From: Octopus bimaculoides
Lineage: Eukaryota
Direction: 5' to 3'
DNA length: 64,000 bases
Assembly (NCBI RefSeq): GCF_001194135.2
Contig: NC_068981.1
Span: 154,253,735 to 154,317,734, forward strand
Part shown: one piece after another, positions 48,799 to 63,618 of the stretch
Layout: each line of letters starts with the position of its first letter
Position numbering within the stretch: the first letter of the stretch is position 1
The notes under the pieces: model-generated
The model's input: the letters and a program-made list of their open reading frames with translations, nothing else
What the model was told of the DNA's origin: nothing
The model's database searches: none
Translations under genes and position numbers: made by a program

Positions 48799-50902
48799 AT
48801 GTTTAGTTATAAATATTGATAATGTTAATTAATTATTTGGTAACATAACTGGTCTGCTACTTAGTTTTCTGTTGTATTGTCCTCCTTCTTTACTTTGTCC
48901 TTATATCTCCTTTTTTTCTTTTTCTTTCTTTCTTTGTAAGAAAGGAAATTGTAAAGTAGCAGTAACAAAGTGATGAAACAATTTCACAGTATCCACTGTA
49001 TTAGTATTTTTGTGTATGGTGCTGCAAATCATGTAGCTAGGTTTATAAAGAAGAAGAACTTTGATAAATTATGAGACTAATTGACATGTTACATATATGT
49101 CAGTTAATTTTCTTATGTACAGGATAAATATCTCCTTGACTTGTTTTTATTTGAACTGCATTATTAAGCAATCAGAGATATCACTTGAAAAAGGTGCCAA
49201 ACTACTGCAAGTAACATACTTTGTTCCTTGATATCCTACAAAGTATTAGTATATAAGCATAGATATGTGTGTGTGTGAGTATGTTATGCTTTGTATTAGT
49301 ATTCTTGAAAACTTTCTTATAAGCTAATGTATGATATTTGAAGAATACTAATTTTCACCCATTTCATTGGAAATAATTTACCTATTTCTTTCTTCAAAAA
49401 AGCATAAACGAGGTGCTCATTGTCATCATTTTACATTCACTTTTCTTCTGGAATTGTATTCACTTCTGACCTTGTGCCCTCCTTTCAAAAAATTCATGGG
49501 ACCGCACCTGGTTACTGTTATCTAAGTCTGTTCTTACTCTGAATTATTGCTCTCCTGGGCAGGTTGGGAGCCACATCTTATTTATATGTACTGTTTTTAA
49601 TATAAATTCTTTGATTGTCACCTCTTCCTATCTTCAACTATTTTACAGAATGTGTAATGACTGCATTTTTTTTTTTACATCAGCGCTAGAATAGTTGTTT
49701 AGCTCTGGCAAGACTAAAGAGGCGCCTCTATACTATGTTGCCATCATCTGTTCCACAATCATTTCACAGAGTGTACTAGGTGTTTTTTTCATGGCACCAG
49801 CATAAGAGAGGTTGTCTTGTCCCTGGTATGTGTCTAAGGAGTCCTCTCTACCCCATATGTCTTCATTCATTTATTCACTAGCTCTGGAAAGTTGTTTTGT
49901 TGTACTTGGCACCAATTTGGGAGGTTTATCTTGTTTTAGGCAGATAGAGAATGTGAAGAGGACAGAGGCAAGAGGGTGAATAAGGAAGGAATAATGGAAG
50001 AGACAGGGTGAGTCGTAGACAGCTACATGCTAATTGTTGTTAAGGAGAAAATATATAAACAATGTATGTGGTGTAATGGGAGGAAGCAAAATGATAGGAA
50101 GGAAACAAATTGATAGTTGAAGAGTTCTCAAAGAGAGAGAGAGAAAGAAAGAGTGATAAGTAATAGTTGAAGGAGTAGTGAGAGAGTGATGGGTATCAAT
50201 GATAGTGAGAGTGGAAGTGTTGAATATCAATAATGAGTTGTAAGTGAGGGATGAGTGAGTGAGAGAGAGAGAGAGGGAGAGATAAAAGGGACATGGTAAA
50301 ATTGAATATAAGCAGATCCAATGTGGTGCCATTCCTCATTGCACAAGTGAATCAGAGAGATAGTGTGACAGTAAAGAGACATGTTGATAAAGGAGAAAGC
50401 AAGTGACAGATGAGAAAGTAATGAAAAGATGGAAAGACGAGTATGTAAAAACTTAATATAAACATAATTGTCAGGAGAAACCCAAATGTAGGTATTTAAA
50501 CATCCCAATCTCTGTTGTCATTTGTAGGGTAATCTTTTACATGTTTTCCTATGCTTGCATGAATTGATTGGGGCTTTGTCAACACAACACTTTGCCACAA
50601 CTCGTGCTTCTTTGTCATCTAATTTTTCTCATATCCAATTTTCTCTGTATTTTGTCATTCATGCACACTAATACACACCCAACAAAACATGTTTGCTTCG
50701 TGCCTTTCCAACATTTGCAAATCTTCGATTTTCTAGAGACAAAAACAGTGTCTCATAAATAAAATATTTAGTTTAACAGATTTGCTTGTATGATCAGTAA
50801 TGAGTTAATTTTATAACATGTCATTCTTGCCACAGCTTAAGCTGTTTTTATTGTTTTCTCTTAAGCTATTAGGAATAATTACACACAAACACACACGCGC
50901 AC

Positions 50903-50943
<41 letters not shown>

Positions 50944-51451
50944 GTTTTGAAATAAACAAATATACACACGTGAAAAAAGTTAGTATCTGCTGAGACAAGA
51001 ACCCATGTGTTCAGTTGATGTATTGATACACTGGCTACTGTTTTTTGTATACTCATAGAATTCAACTATCTAACTCTAAATGTAATTTATTTAATTCTAT
51101 TGTACTTTTGTTTTCCCATTTGGCATTTAAGAAATTATGAATTTTTTGCCTTTGGGAAAAAAATATTAAGAAAATTACATTCCCATTACTTTCTTTCAGT
51201 GTCAATTAACAGAGTATATATTTTGTTTTTGACAATTTTTCTCTCCCTCTCTCTTTCATTTTATGATTTCATCTTGATTTTGTTTTATATATTTAGTTTA
51301 AGATTTCAGTATTTTCTCTGTTAGAAATATTGACTATTTGAAATATTACAGTATTATTATTTGTAAATTATAAGATCAGTAGGTATAAGCACACTTGCCA
51401 AAAGTTTTGACAATCTTTAGTCAAAGAGAATATTTATATAGTTCATTTCTA

Positions 51452-52678
51452 TTGGGTCATCCCATAAATAATGCATTTCAAAATTAAGATAAAGTTCTTT
51501 TTTAATCTGAAATATACTCTCCTTCATTTTCTACAATGCTCTTCCATCTATCTGGTAGACTTACAAAGTCCCTCTTCCAAAATTCACTTGTCTGTGATGA
51601 AAAATACTCCTCCAGTACTGTTCTCACCTCATCTACAGAATTCATATTTTTTCCATCCAAATGATTTTCAAGACTGCAGATGGGGCAATGTCCAGCCAAT
51701 ATGGTGGGTTGAGCATTGTTTCCCATTAAAACTGCTCCAGCCTTTGGAATATCCTCTTCACTGTATGTGGCTGAGTGTTATCCTGATGGAAGAACACCTT
51801 TCATCTTGAAACCAAAGATGGTCGTTTTTCTTCTAGTGCTGACTTAAGCCGCTCAAGCTGCTTGCAGTAGATCTCTTTTGTTATTGTGTAGTTTGGGTTT
51901 AAAAGTTTAAAGTGGACTAAACCTTTCATATCCCACCAAACAGATAGCATCTTACATGGGTAAAGACCTTCTTTAGCCTGGGGTGCTGGTGTTTCTCCTC
52001 TTCGGTGCTTGACATATTCATAGAGAATCCATTTCTTGTCACCAGTCACTATTCGGTCCAAAAAAGGTTCATTTGTGAGACATGACAATAAAGAAGAGTA
52101 CACATTCACTCTCTGCACATGGTTAGACTCGGAAAGTTTGTGATGGACCTATTGAGCCAATTTGCTGACTTTACTGATAGCATGCAGGTGTCGATGAATG
52201 GTTGAATGATCAAATCCAAGCTTCTCTGCTAGTTCCTCAACAGTTACAATGGGATTTTATTCCACCCGGGGTTGCAGGATGTCATCGTTGAGCTTTACAG
52301 ATCTTCCAGGACGAGACTTGTCTTCGAGGCTGTAGTTTCTGGCTTGGAATTTCTGGAACCATCATTGACACTGGCTTAGGCTTATTGTCCAATCTCCATA
52401 TACTGCATTAATATTCCTCGCACATTCCATTGTGTTGGTGCCTTTATTGAACTCATAAAGCAAAATATGCCAAATATGCTCCTTTGCTATTTCCGTCGTA
52501 ACTTTGAAAAAATAACTGTTAAAATCAAACTGCACTCTTCAAAACTTGCACTAAAAATAAGTACAAGGTAAAATTGCTACCTGCTTTTATAGCAAGTTGA
52601 TGCAGGTAGTTTATCCTACCTCCTCTGACGTTTAGTTCATGCAATTGAAAAAACCACATTATTTATGGGATGACCCAA
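51452..52678 (-). mobile_element. Full-length (1,227 bp) but inactivated mariner transposon
   Basis: 22-bp perfect TIRs TTGGGTCATCCCATAAATAATG and TA duplications at 51450-51451 and 52679-52680. Minus-strand transposase pieces: EHIWHILLYEFNKG, DRIVTGDKKWILY, KMLSVWWDMKGLVHF, PPYWLDIAPS and RWKSIVENEGEYISD, interrupted by frameshifts and stops. Confidence 0.95.
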
Positions 52679-54708
52679 TATTTTACTTGTTTCATTTATT
52701 AGACTGTGGGCATTCTTAGGCAGTCTTGAAGGGTCTAATAAAACAGATCAATTCCAGTACTTTAATTTTTTTTAAAGTCTGGTATTTATTCCACCAGTCA
52801 CTTATTGCTGACCTGCTAAGTTATGGGAACACAAAAGAAGCAAACACCGCCTTTCAAGTAGTGGTGGGTCTCTCTCTCTCTCTCACACACGCACACACAC
52901 ATACTCTGGACTGAACCCAGAACCATGTGGTTGGGAAGCAGACTTCTTTACCACACAGCCATGCCTGCACCCATATAATATGAGACAACTGAATGAAGAT
53001 CTATTGTGAAATAATTATTAAAAATTTCAACTTAAATCTTACATGGAAAATTCCGAGTAATTATCTGATAGGAAATATTTTTTTATCATTGTTATGTAAA
53101 AACTTGTAAAGTTAGAAATAATGTTTAAGATAGGAACAATGAAGAATTTGGACATAGTAAATATTTTATACATGTGGTAGATAAAGAAAAAGCAAAAAAG
53201 AACAAAAAAAAAAACAATTTTAAAAACCAGTATTTGCAGTACATTTTACAAAAAAGTATGATGAAAGCTTTAGGGTATACAAGGTTGCTTCTTAGTTCTA
53301 CATTGTGCTGGAATCAATGATGCTTCCAATCAAATAAGTACCAATAGCATATTGGTATTGATTATATGGCACTGGACTTTATACCAGACTGGTTTATTAT
53401 CTGCTATGTTTTTTTGTTTTTTTTTCTGAAAGAAATGATTTTCCTCTTCATATAAAATCCACTTGTTTGGAAAAAAAGAAGGCTATTACGTTGGCTTTAT
53501 TTTCATTTAAATAATAGTTTCTAATTTAGGCACAAAGCCAGTGGTTTTGAGGGGAGGTTGTTAGTTGATATTCCAGTTCAATCCAGTATTTGACTGATAT
53601 TCTGTTTTATTGATTTTGGAAGGCAAAGTTAACCCTGGCCAGAATTGAACTTAGAATATAAAGGATAGGAAAAATTTGTGTGACTCTGCAATGATTCTGC
53701 CATTTTGATAATAAACAAATTCATGTGTCCAGTGATGAAACATCTGGCCATGAATTATATCATCTATATTCTTAAGCCTAGTCAAAAGAAATTTCTGTAA
53801 ATAAAAGTTTAGCTATTTGGAGAAGTACTGTGAAGTTGTGATCTTAAGAATAATCTCAAGTAATTTGAAAACTATCCTAACAAAGACAAAAGAATCAAAA
53901 TTTGAATGTATTAATATATTTTGTTGTTAAAGCCAAACTAAACTCTGATACAGCAGAACTATGAGAAAGATGTTCCTGTTATAATAAGCCTTCTTTCATC
54001 CGGTCATTGTATATAATGACTGCATAATCCAGTATATACTTCCTTTATTTAGATGGCATCTTTTCATTTGAGGGATAATTAGTTTCTATTTACAGAAGGT
54101 CAATTGATTGCGTAGAAGCTCCTTATTAGCTCAAAATATTTCTTTTTGTTAAAGGAAGATCATATATCTCCATATAGCATTTTGTGTAAGAAAGCTAAGG
54201 GAAATAACTCATGTTGGCCAATGACATGAAATTAGATAATTCAGGTAGATGGTGATGTACTAAATGACAGTCTAAATTTTCTTAATTGCTTTAAACTTGA
54301 AGAAGAGAAACAAACACCTAGTGCCAGTTATTAGCAACTCTTGAAGGAAAGGAAAAAATAATTTGATGGAATTAATTAATCAATCTCACAGATAACTGAA
54401 TTTTTATGTGTAAAGAAACACTAAAGAAAATCCCTTATGGCATCTGAAGATATATATATAAATATATATTGAATATTAAAAGGTTCAAATTATTAATTAC
54501 TGAGATATGATTGACATGTTTTTAGTGGTTATGGACAGATTTTTGAATTTTTATCCAAAGCAACTTAGTACCAATATGGGAAATTTTAACCAAAGCAACC
54601 CTGTATCAATATGGTTAAAGCCTTAAAGTGGTGTACATATTGGCCAACAGATGAATTATAAGTTCGATATGAAAAGCCTCAAAAGCACTATTTCTCACAC
54701 ACACACAC

Positions 54709-54752
<44 letters not shown>

Positions 54753-57700
54753 GTAAAAGCACTTGTGCTGCTGCCAAGTAAGAAGTAGCTGAGCTGGTGA
54801 CATGAAAAGGACATCCAGTTTGCTCTGTAAAGTGGTTGGTGTTAGGAAGGACATCCAGCTGTAGAAACCAAGGTGTAACTCTTTGGTTTGAACTATCCAA
54901 CCTATGCCAGCATAGAAAACGGATATTGAAAGATGATAATGTTGATGACACATGCACACTCAAGATTTTTAATTTAGGACAGATTAGAAATAGAACAGAC
55001 ATAATTGTAAAGATCAGAAAACTACAGTTTTAATGACTCATAGAGTAAAATATCAGATAAAATAGGCAATTAGTTGTTGGATTCCACCCAGTAGAGCCTT
55101 TTTCTGATGTAAAATTTTGACTACCAATGATAGTGTCCTGTTGGTAGCTATGTAAATATCTTTATAGTCTTTTTTCTTTTTTTACTCTGTTCAGGTTTTA
55201 CAAATTGTTAACTGTTTCTTATCTTATTGACCAAACATTTTCCAGGATTATACATTTTAAAGTTTTATATTTTTTTTACATGTTTATAATGGCTTAGACA
55301 GAACAGGAAGTACAGTGTCCATGACCTTTCTCTGCAACTCTTTAGATTAGTAGAAGAGAAGTTATCCTTACACTGTAAACTGGTCTCAATGTGTTCAGTG
55401 GAGTGAACTTCATTAAAAGCCTCAGTGGACCAGATGGTGGTTTTTAAAAACAAATAATCTCCCTGACAGATGTCCACGCAGTTTCTGTCCACCAAATTAG
55501 ACTCACAAGGCTTTGATCGACCTAATGAAGATGTTTAGCCAGAAGTTTGCTTCAAAAAGTAGTTTTAAGTAAAATTCTTAATTACACAGCCTTATCTTCA
55601 AGTTCATGACAAAATTTAAAATAGTATTTAAAAATTCTTGGTTCAAGCATTTTTTGTTGTAATGTATGTACCACTTTATCACAATCAAAGAATTTTAATT
55701 CAAATGAAATTCCACAGTTCACTCACTGTCCTAAATCATTTTATCTGTTCCAACTTAAGGTCATTCATATACTTTGCATTGTTAATTTTCAAATAACTAG
55801 GTAACTAATACTTTTATTATCAGTTATGACTTTTTTATTCTCTGGGATTTATGCTCTACCAAGATGCATTATCATTTCTGAATTTAGTAGAAAGAAACCT
55901 AAATGGATCTTATATAAACTTCTTTAATGTTATACTGATTTGAACTTGTCTTTAATATATATTTAGTCAAAGCTTGTCTGATATTTTTTATTTGTATTGA
56001 GTTAAGAAATACTTATTTGTATTGAATACTTATTTGTATTTATTTTCATTGAGTTAAGAAAAAAAGTAACTTTTGGTTTTGAAACTGAATTATTTTTAGG
56101 TAAATTTAGATTTTAATAATGTAGTTCTAAGCAAATGTTACTGGAGATTGTTCTTTCTCTAATCATTCCATCTTATTTTAGAAGTGGTATATCCATGACT
56201 ACATTATCCAATGCATCTTTACAATTTTAAGATGATAGGATAATGAGTTGAGGGCTATTTCTAACAGGTTGAGTAACCTCCAGAATTTCCCTGTCAACTT
56301 GACTGGAAATTGTTATTCATAGTGTATGAACTCTAGAATATCCATAGCAATCTGATGTTGTTGATATGTAGTCTGAGTGATGTGCAATTTTATTTTTGAT
56401 TAATACATTGAATGAACTGTTCATCTAAAAATAAAGATTTGGTTTACAGTAACAAATCAGTGGTAGTAGATTTGAAATACTGATAGTATGTAATTATAGA
56501 GAAGTTATCAGTTACAAAATCACTCATTGTAACATATCTAAAAAGGAAATTTTTCCACTTGAGCAATTACACCAGTTTTGTTTTACAGTGCTTGGAATTC
56601 CTGTTGTACTTATTTTGAAAACAAAAGCTAATTAACAGACCAGACATTTACAGTTTTTATTAATTATATTTATTTATATCTGCAATAAATATAAATATTG
56701 AAATATTTTTCAACTGTTAAAATGATGTACTAACATCTTCTTTACAACTCATAGAGATTTATCAAGCATTTAAGTTAGAAGTTGGAGTCATATAATAATT
56801 AGAAAATTCAGTAGGGGCTCAGACTACCTAATGTTAAATAGGTTTGTTTAAAAATAACTGGGTCTTCTAAAGAGGGAGAAAACTCTATCAAATCTTCTGT
56901 ATCTTTCAAAACCATTAACTGTTTCTATCTTCTCATCCAGTCATATTAATCTAAGTTTGGATTCACACATACATAATAAATTTTGTTTGGCCCTATTGGA
57001 GTTATCTCTCTTACTAATTGGTTCAGCTGGATTGTTGATATTTATCATCAGAAGCCCTACATTTCTTCTTCTCATATAAAAGTTTACTTTACAGCTGAGA
57101 TTTTAGGTTTGATCCCACTGTTCAAATTGGCCAAGTGTCTCCTACCATAGCTTTGAATTGACCAATGTGTTGTAAGTGAAATTTTGGTTGATGGAAACTG
57201 TGGAAGCTATCCAGGAACTGTTCTTATTATTGGATGATAGATTTCATCTGGATTTGGTTCTTGCCTTTATCAAAGATAGCACTGTTGTAAACATTCAAGC
57301 TATGCCTCCAGTCTGAGTAAACCATTGAAGTAAAAAAAAAAAACACCCCTGGAATATGCATTTTTATTGAAAAATGATCAATATTTAACAATGTGTCAGT
57401 TGCTCAACTTATTTTTAGAATTGATTAAATCACTTCATTGTAATCTAGTTAGTATTCAATTTATGCTATATATTACCATTACTAGTAGGAAATAGAAAAA
57501 ATTTATAAATTAACCGAGAAAGTTTTAAAAGAATTAATTGCTGTTTGGAGAATAAATTGAAGGGGTTTTACTGATAAAGATAATTCTAATTTGTTCTTCT
57601 TGTAATTTGTATCCAATTTCTACTTATAAAGATGCTAATTAGTGATCCTACCAGGCCAAGTGATTTTGTGTTTAGTTGTTTGAATAATAATAGCCATTTC

Positions 57701-59766
57701 TATTTTAAGAAATCATTAATAAAAAAGGAATTATTCTTAGCTTGCTCCTACATTTATATTTTCTATCATCAGCTATTGTAAGTGAACATAATAGTTCACA
57801 ACTCTTATTTTTTATGTTTAAATAAATAAAACTTTTACAAGAAATGATTTTTCACAAATTATAGTTTCTTAATATTAAATTCAATTGAATTATCTAGTAA
57901 ATAATTTTGAATATACAATCAATTTATGTAGATTTTTTTTTGTAGTCTACATTAAAAATGAAAAACATTTTATTATAAATTTATTTTTCTCAGATGATAT
58001 TTATTATTTTTTTTTATATATCCATTAGAAATGTCATGGAAACATGTGTTAGAGGTCAAGTAGTTCATCTTAGCCACCTTTAATTTCTTGGGTAGAAAAA
58101 ATAAGCAAACAAACAAATAAAAGTTCAAAACTTCTCTACCTATTTATACACATGCAAAACACAAATTATTGTAACACTTGCAATGTAGCAAACACATAAC
58201 ACAATCATAGCTGTATATAAGCTGGCAATATAGTTTTTCATTTCTTTACTTCACACGGAAGAATTGCCAGCTATCTATTCGTCAGTGTGTTGTTAGCCAC
58301 CCAGTACGTTTGATATTCTTACCTTATTACAGATGTTAAAAGTGTATAAATACTATTGATAACATACTGGGTGTGCCCAAAGTTATTCTTTTGGGATGGT
58401 CTTGCTTAACACTATGCATTATAAGTAGCTGCTGTATTGTTCCATCACAATCAGAAAGAAATTCATCTTTTTCTTATCGCTTGGTCAGTTTGTGATACTG
58501 TATATAAAAACAACTAAGGATTTGGGATTTTACTTGCATTACTCAAAACATTTGATAATTTTCATCCTTTCACTCATTTTACCTATGTAACAGCTGATTA
58601 AGTAAACCAGGTAACGTCTTTGAATATCTCAACACAAATATTGTTACTGTTTTTTCTCTTCTCTTCCAAATCATAAATTACTTGTACAAATATAATTTAA
58701 CCTGTATTTCTTACTTGGAAATATTTATTCATTGTAATTTTTAACGTTTGTTGTAGGTTATTTTAGTGTAAACATTAATCGAAACAACTCATTCTTTGAC
58801 AGCTAATGTATAAACAATTGAAAGATAATAACTTTTCAATATTATTCCTTGTAATATTTTCTCTCGGCAGTAAAATATTAATTTAACGTTTAGAATCGGT
58901 TGCATCAAGATAATCATTAACCTTTTAAAATATACATATACTGTTATACACACCTGTTTATTTTGTAATTATATATCATTAAATATCATTATTTAGAATA
59001 TTATTTTTAGTATACAATTTTTACATATAGTAGGATTTTTATATGAAATTTCTGTTTGTTGGCAGTAAATCTTCCTTCTCAAATTTCTTTTCCTTGACTG
59101 TGAAGCAGTATTTTATCGTATGTTTCTTATAACTACTAATATTACTTGTAAAGTAGAAGGTTACTATTTTTATTTACTGTGGCTATATTTTCAAACTACC
59201 TGCTGTCTTAGTAATAGCGATCTCTCTACTTGCTCAGACTGGCTAGATGTAAACTAGTAAAGTTTCTGACTGACTGACTTACCTATCTCAGGTGATCTTG
59301 CAACTTGAAAGGTTTCTGCATTGAGTATTTACATAGAAATCCCCAATGTTGCACTTATGCATCTGCATCATGTGCATTCACACATGTAGATACAAATTTC
59401 AGGTGTATATAGTTTCCAAATTCGCTGTGTATATGTGTGTGTCATTGTGTGTCTATCTGTTTATCTATCATTCTATGTCTGTCTGGCTATCTCTCACTTG
59501 CACTCTCTCACTCTCTAGCAAAGACACATACACACACGCGCGTGCACACACACACACACACACACACATACACCCAAACATTGAGTTTGTGAGTGTATAT
59601 ATATTAGAATATGTGTGTTTGTGTGTGTAGTAATATACATGCATGCATACAAATACATACACATATGTAATAAGTGTCATTTCATTTCATCATTTAACGT
59701 GTATGTATGTGTATGTATGTGTAATAAATAAAATAACAAACAAAAATTACCTTTATAATAAAATAT

Positions 59767-60120
59767 ATATTGAGACAATTTCTTCACGAGGAGAAGGAAT
59801 GACAAAGAGGTCAAATTGAAGATTCTCAATTTTTTTTTTACATAATTTCATAAGTTTTGAATGACTGTTCTATTTTTATCATTCTAGTTTAAATGAATCT
59901 ATTTAACCACAAATTCCAACACAAATCAGTACAGTTGCACTCATGTACAGTTGCACACTTGTATATGTATATATTAATTTATTTTAGGAATTATGACTAA
60001 ACAGATTTTTGGAACATTCAAATGAAATAATGTAAAGAAAAAAAATTGAGAATTTTCATATTTGACCATTTTGTCATTCTTTCTCCTTGTGATTCTAATG
60101 TAAAGAAATTATCTTGATAT
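59767..60120. mobile_element. MITE-like element with long imperfect terminal inverted repeats
   Basis: GGAGAAGGAATGACAAAGAGGTCAAATTGAAGATTCTCAATTTTTTTTTTACATAATTTCAT (59790-59851) is an imperfect reverse complement of 60022-60086. The match extends outward to 59767/60120 with an 11-nt indel. Confidence 0.7.
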
Positions 60121-61618
60121 AAGTTGTATTGTAAAGGTATTTTATTTATTTTTTTCCAGTCATATTTATTATTAATTCATGCATGTTAAAATAATTTTTA
60201 AATAGCTGTCAAAATAGATTACTTTAAATGCTCTGATTAAAAGCCAGAGTTAATACAGTTAAATAGACGTCTTGTAGAAACAACATATTTTGTGCAAACA
60301 GTCAAAATTATCATTTAATATGAAATTTTCTAGTAATAGTTACAATTTTATTAATTGTTATTAACACCATCCTCATATTCTATTTTTGCTTTTTACCAGT
60401 CAAATAAATATAGTTGTTTCTAATTCTTAATATATACTTACACAGGGTTGATTTTATTATATAAATATATGTATTTGAAAGGCATTATTTATCTGATTAT
60501 TTACAAACTTGGTTGCTTATCTCCAGAAATCAAATATTGAATCAATGATGGGTTTAGTACATTTTCTGCTTTAATTACCATTCGTAATGTTTTTATAATG
60601 ATAATTTCTAATGATAGTTTAATCCAAGTGAGATATTGTTTTAAGTGATCGGTATCTAATGAAATACCTAAACACATTTCAAAAGTTTTTTAAAATCTAA
60701 TTCTTATGGTAACTTCTATAACTTATATTTCATATTTCATATCTATGTTCTTATTGTTTATTATCTTTTAATTACCAAAATTATATCTAAACAATTTTAT
60801 TCATTAACTTGCAGATATAAAGTTTTGAATAAAGGCACTTCCAATTTTATGAAATCCAACTAAGTTGCTATCATTAATAGAAATCAAGAGAAATTATAAA
60901 CTCAACAGTATATAGTTGGATTTATTTTTTACATTATAAAGGCAATGAGTTAGAATCATTTGTGCATCAGACAAAACGCTTAATGGCATTTATTTTGGCG
61001 CTTTACGTTCTGAGCTCAGATTATGCCAAGATCAACTTTGCTTTCCATCCCTCTGGGATCAGTAAGATAAAGTGCCAGCCAATACTGGGGTTGGTGTTAT
61101 TGACTAATCCTCTCCCCTAAAATTGCTGGCCTTGTGCCAAAATTGGTAATAATTATTTACATACAACTAGGTAGATTATCTTTGTATTAAAATAATTACT
61201 TATATTATTTCTGTTTTTTACTAATGAGTAAAGTTTTACAGCAATGTATTAATTTATTTGTACTATGTCCATGCTGAGTGAAGCAGTTTTTTAACTGGAC
61301 ATAGGCATGATTGTTTAGTTAAAACATTTGCTTTGCAACTGCATTACTGTGGATTCAATCAACTCAATATAATAAGGGCTTAAAGAAAGTCCTTAAAAAT
61401 TAGTTCCTAATCATATCATTCCTGGAATGCTTTTTAAAGCCTAGAACAGGTGCTAATTTCAAACCAAGAACAGATGCTAATCGTTTATTGTTTTCCTTAT
61501 AAAATATTATTTCTAGAATGAGTCAGTGTCTGTTTGTCATTTTATCATAAAGTGTCATTTTTTTGTACATGTGCCATCTTACATTTACTAAAAATATGGA
61601 AAGACACTCATCATCATT

Positions 61619-61661
<43 letters not shown>

Positions 61662-63618
61662 ACTGTCCGTTTTCCATGTTGACATGGATTGGGCACTATG
61701 TTATCAATAGTAAAATCTTGGAATAGTGACATAAAATTGTCATTACAGGCAAAGAGTCATGGCAACGACTATGGAAAATAAACTATTCTGCATATTTCAT
61801 TAACTGAGAACTAAGTTAGTAAACTTAGCATGCAATTCAGTCTAACATGACAACCGCTAGTGGAAAAGAGTTTAAATATTTCTTAAATTGACATGTGTTA
61901 GTATTATTTTTCCATGGCAGAGTAAGAGAAGGCTATTGGAACTCCTTGCGAAATAATACCAGTTTGTGAGTTCAATTTCAGCTTGTGTTCATCATACCTG
62001 AAGATGAGTAGTGACTAAACTGTTTAAAGGGATATGTTTTAAGAAAGAAAGAAAAAAGAGAGATGTAATATTGATAGTCTGAAAGTTCTTTTCTCAGTAC
62101 TTCTCATTAGAAAAGTTGTGTCACAGCATATCTACAACTCATTAGCTGGAGCTATATATAATCAAGTTTGATTGCATTTGAATTTTGTAAAGCAGTGTGT
62201 GAATTGTTTCTACAAGGATATGTTTAGTTTCTACCTGATCAAGTTATCTAAGATTGTTATAGTTTAGAATAGTTTTATACGATTGTTTTCTTTTGAGAGA
62301 TGTTAAGGAAATTACTCATTAAACTCATGTCAGCATGGAAAATAGATATAAATGGTAAACTGAATTTTTAAAATTTAAATAATTTCTAGGTTTTAAATCT
62401 AGTAATAATGTCAAATGCTGATATGTATATATGTATGCCGGTGGCATGCAAAAAACACCTTGCTGGTGGCATGCAAAAAGCACCTGTTGAGTGCTGGGCC
62501 TCACGGAGGTAATGTGGCCGATGCCAGTGTCGCGCAACTGGTACCTGTGTTGGTGACATGTAAAAAACACTGTTTGAGTGTTGGCCTCATGGAGGCAATG
62601 GCAAAAGACTGAGACTTTTGGCAATATGCCGTGCTTGAGAAAAAGACCCATCAAGCCAAATGAAAACGTAGTCATAGGAGATACTGGTGTCATGCAACTG
62701 GCACTCATGCTGGTGGAACTTAAAAGCACTTATGCTAGTGGCATGTAAAAGCACCCATTACACTTTTGGAGTGGTTGGCATTAGGAAGAGTATCCAGCCA
62801 TAGAAACTATGCCAAATCAGACTGGAGTCTGGTGCAGCCTCTCAGCTCACTAGCTCTGGTCAAACTGTCCAACGTATGTCAGTATGAGCAACAGACATTA
62901 AAAGATGATAATGATGATGTAACTGCAAAAACCTCTTCCCTACAATCCTAAATCCAAACTCACACTGTTTCTAAAAGTGACCACTTCACTAACTAGCCTG
63001 CTAGTTCAGCCATCTTACACTGAAGTTATGAAATAGAAAGTGTAAGACAAAGGAAGGAAAATAGAGAATTAAAATTGTTCATTGAACTTGTTGAAAATAG
63101 CAACCAAAGCTCTCACAAATTACATACAGCCATCTTAAACAAAAGTTATATTGAATATCAATAATTTGTGATATACAAACAAGATTGTCAAGACTGGAAT
63201 GCTTTTCATCATGGTTTTCTCTGGCTATGACTGATCTGGGAACAGTTAACAACAGACTTTACTTTGAGCCAACGTATAATGTATTTACTATAATGCATTT
63301 ATTTATTATAATGACTAGTCGCCAACCTGCATGGAGAGCTCTATCTGCTAGTATCTACAATGCTTTGATTTTGTGATAGAAATCAAATCATTTCTGGTCT
63401 TCAGGGGTTTGTCCTTAATTTCAGTTTAAAAGACTTTATAAAGTAAAAATAAAAATGAGACCTTAGAAATTAAATATTTACTCTGAAATTTAAATTTTAT
63501 GTTATAAGTTCAAATGACACATTTCTTAAGTTTGCCTTTTTCTGTCTACTATTTTTAAAACTTGGGAACTAATAGTAAACTTCTGTATTTTTATCCCTAA
63601 CTATACTTCTGTGATTGC

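Noticed and set aside
49940-50510. GA-rich block possibly from a Penelope GIY-YIG/3' region (similar block at about 470-760)
   Set aside because: Resemblance is compositional and motifs are too decayed to support a feature call.
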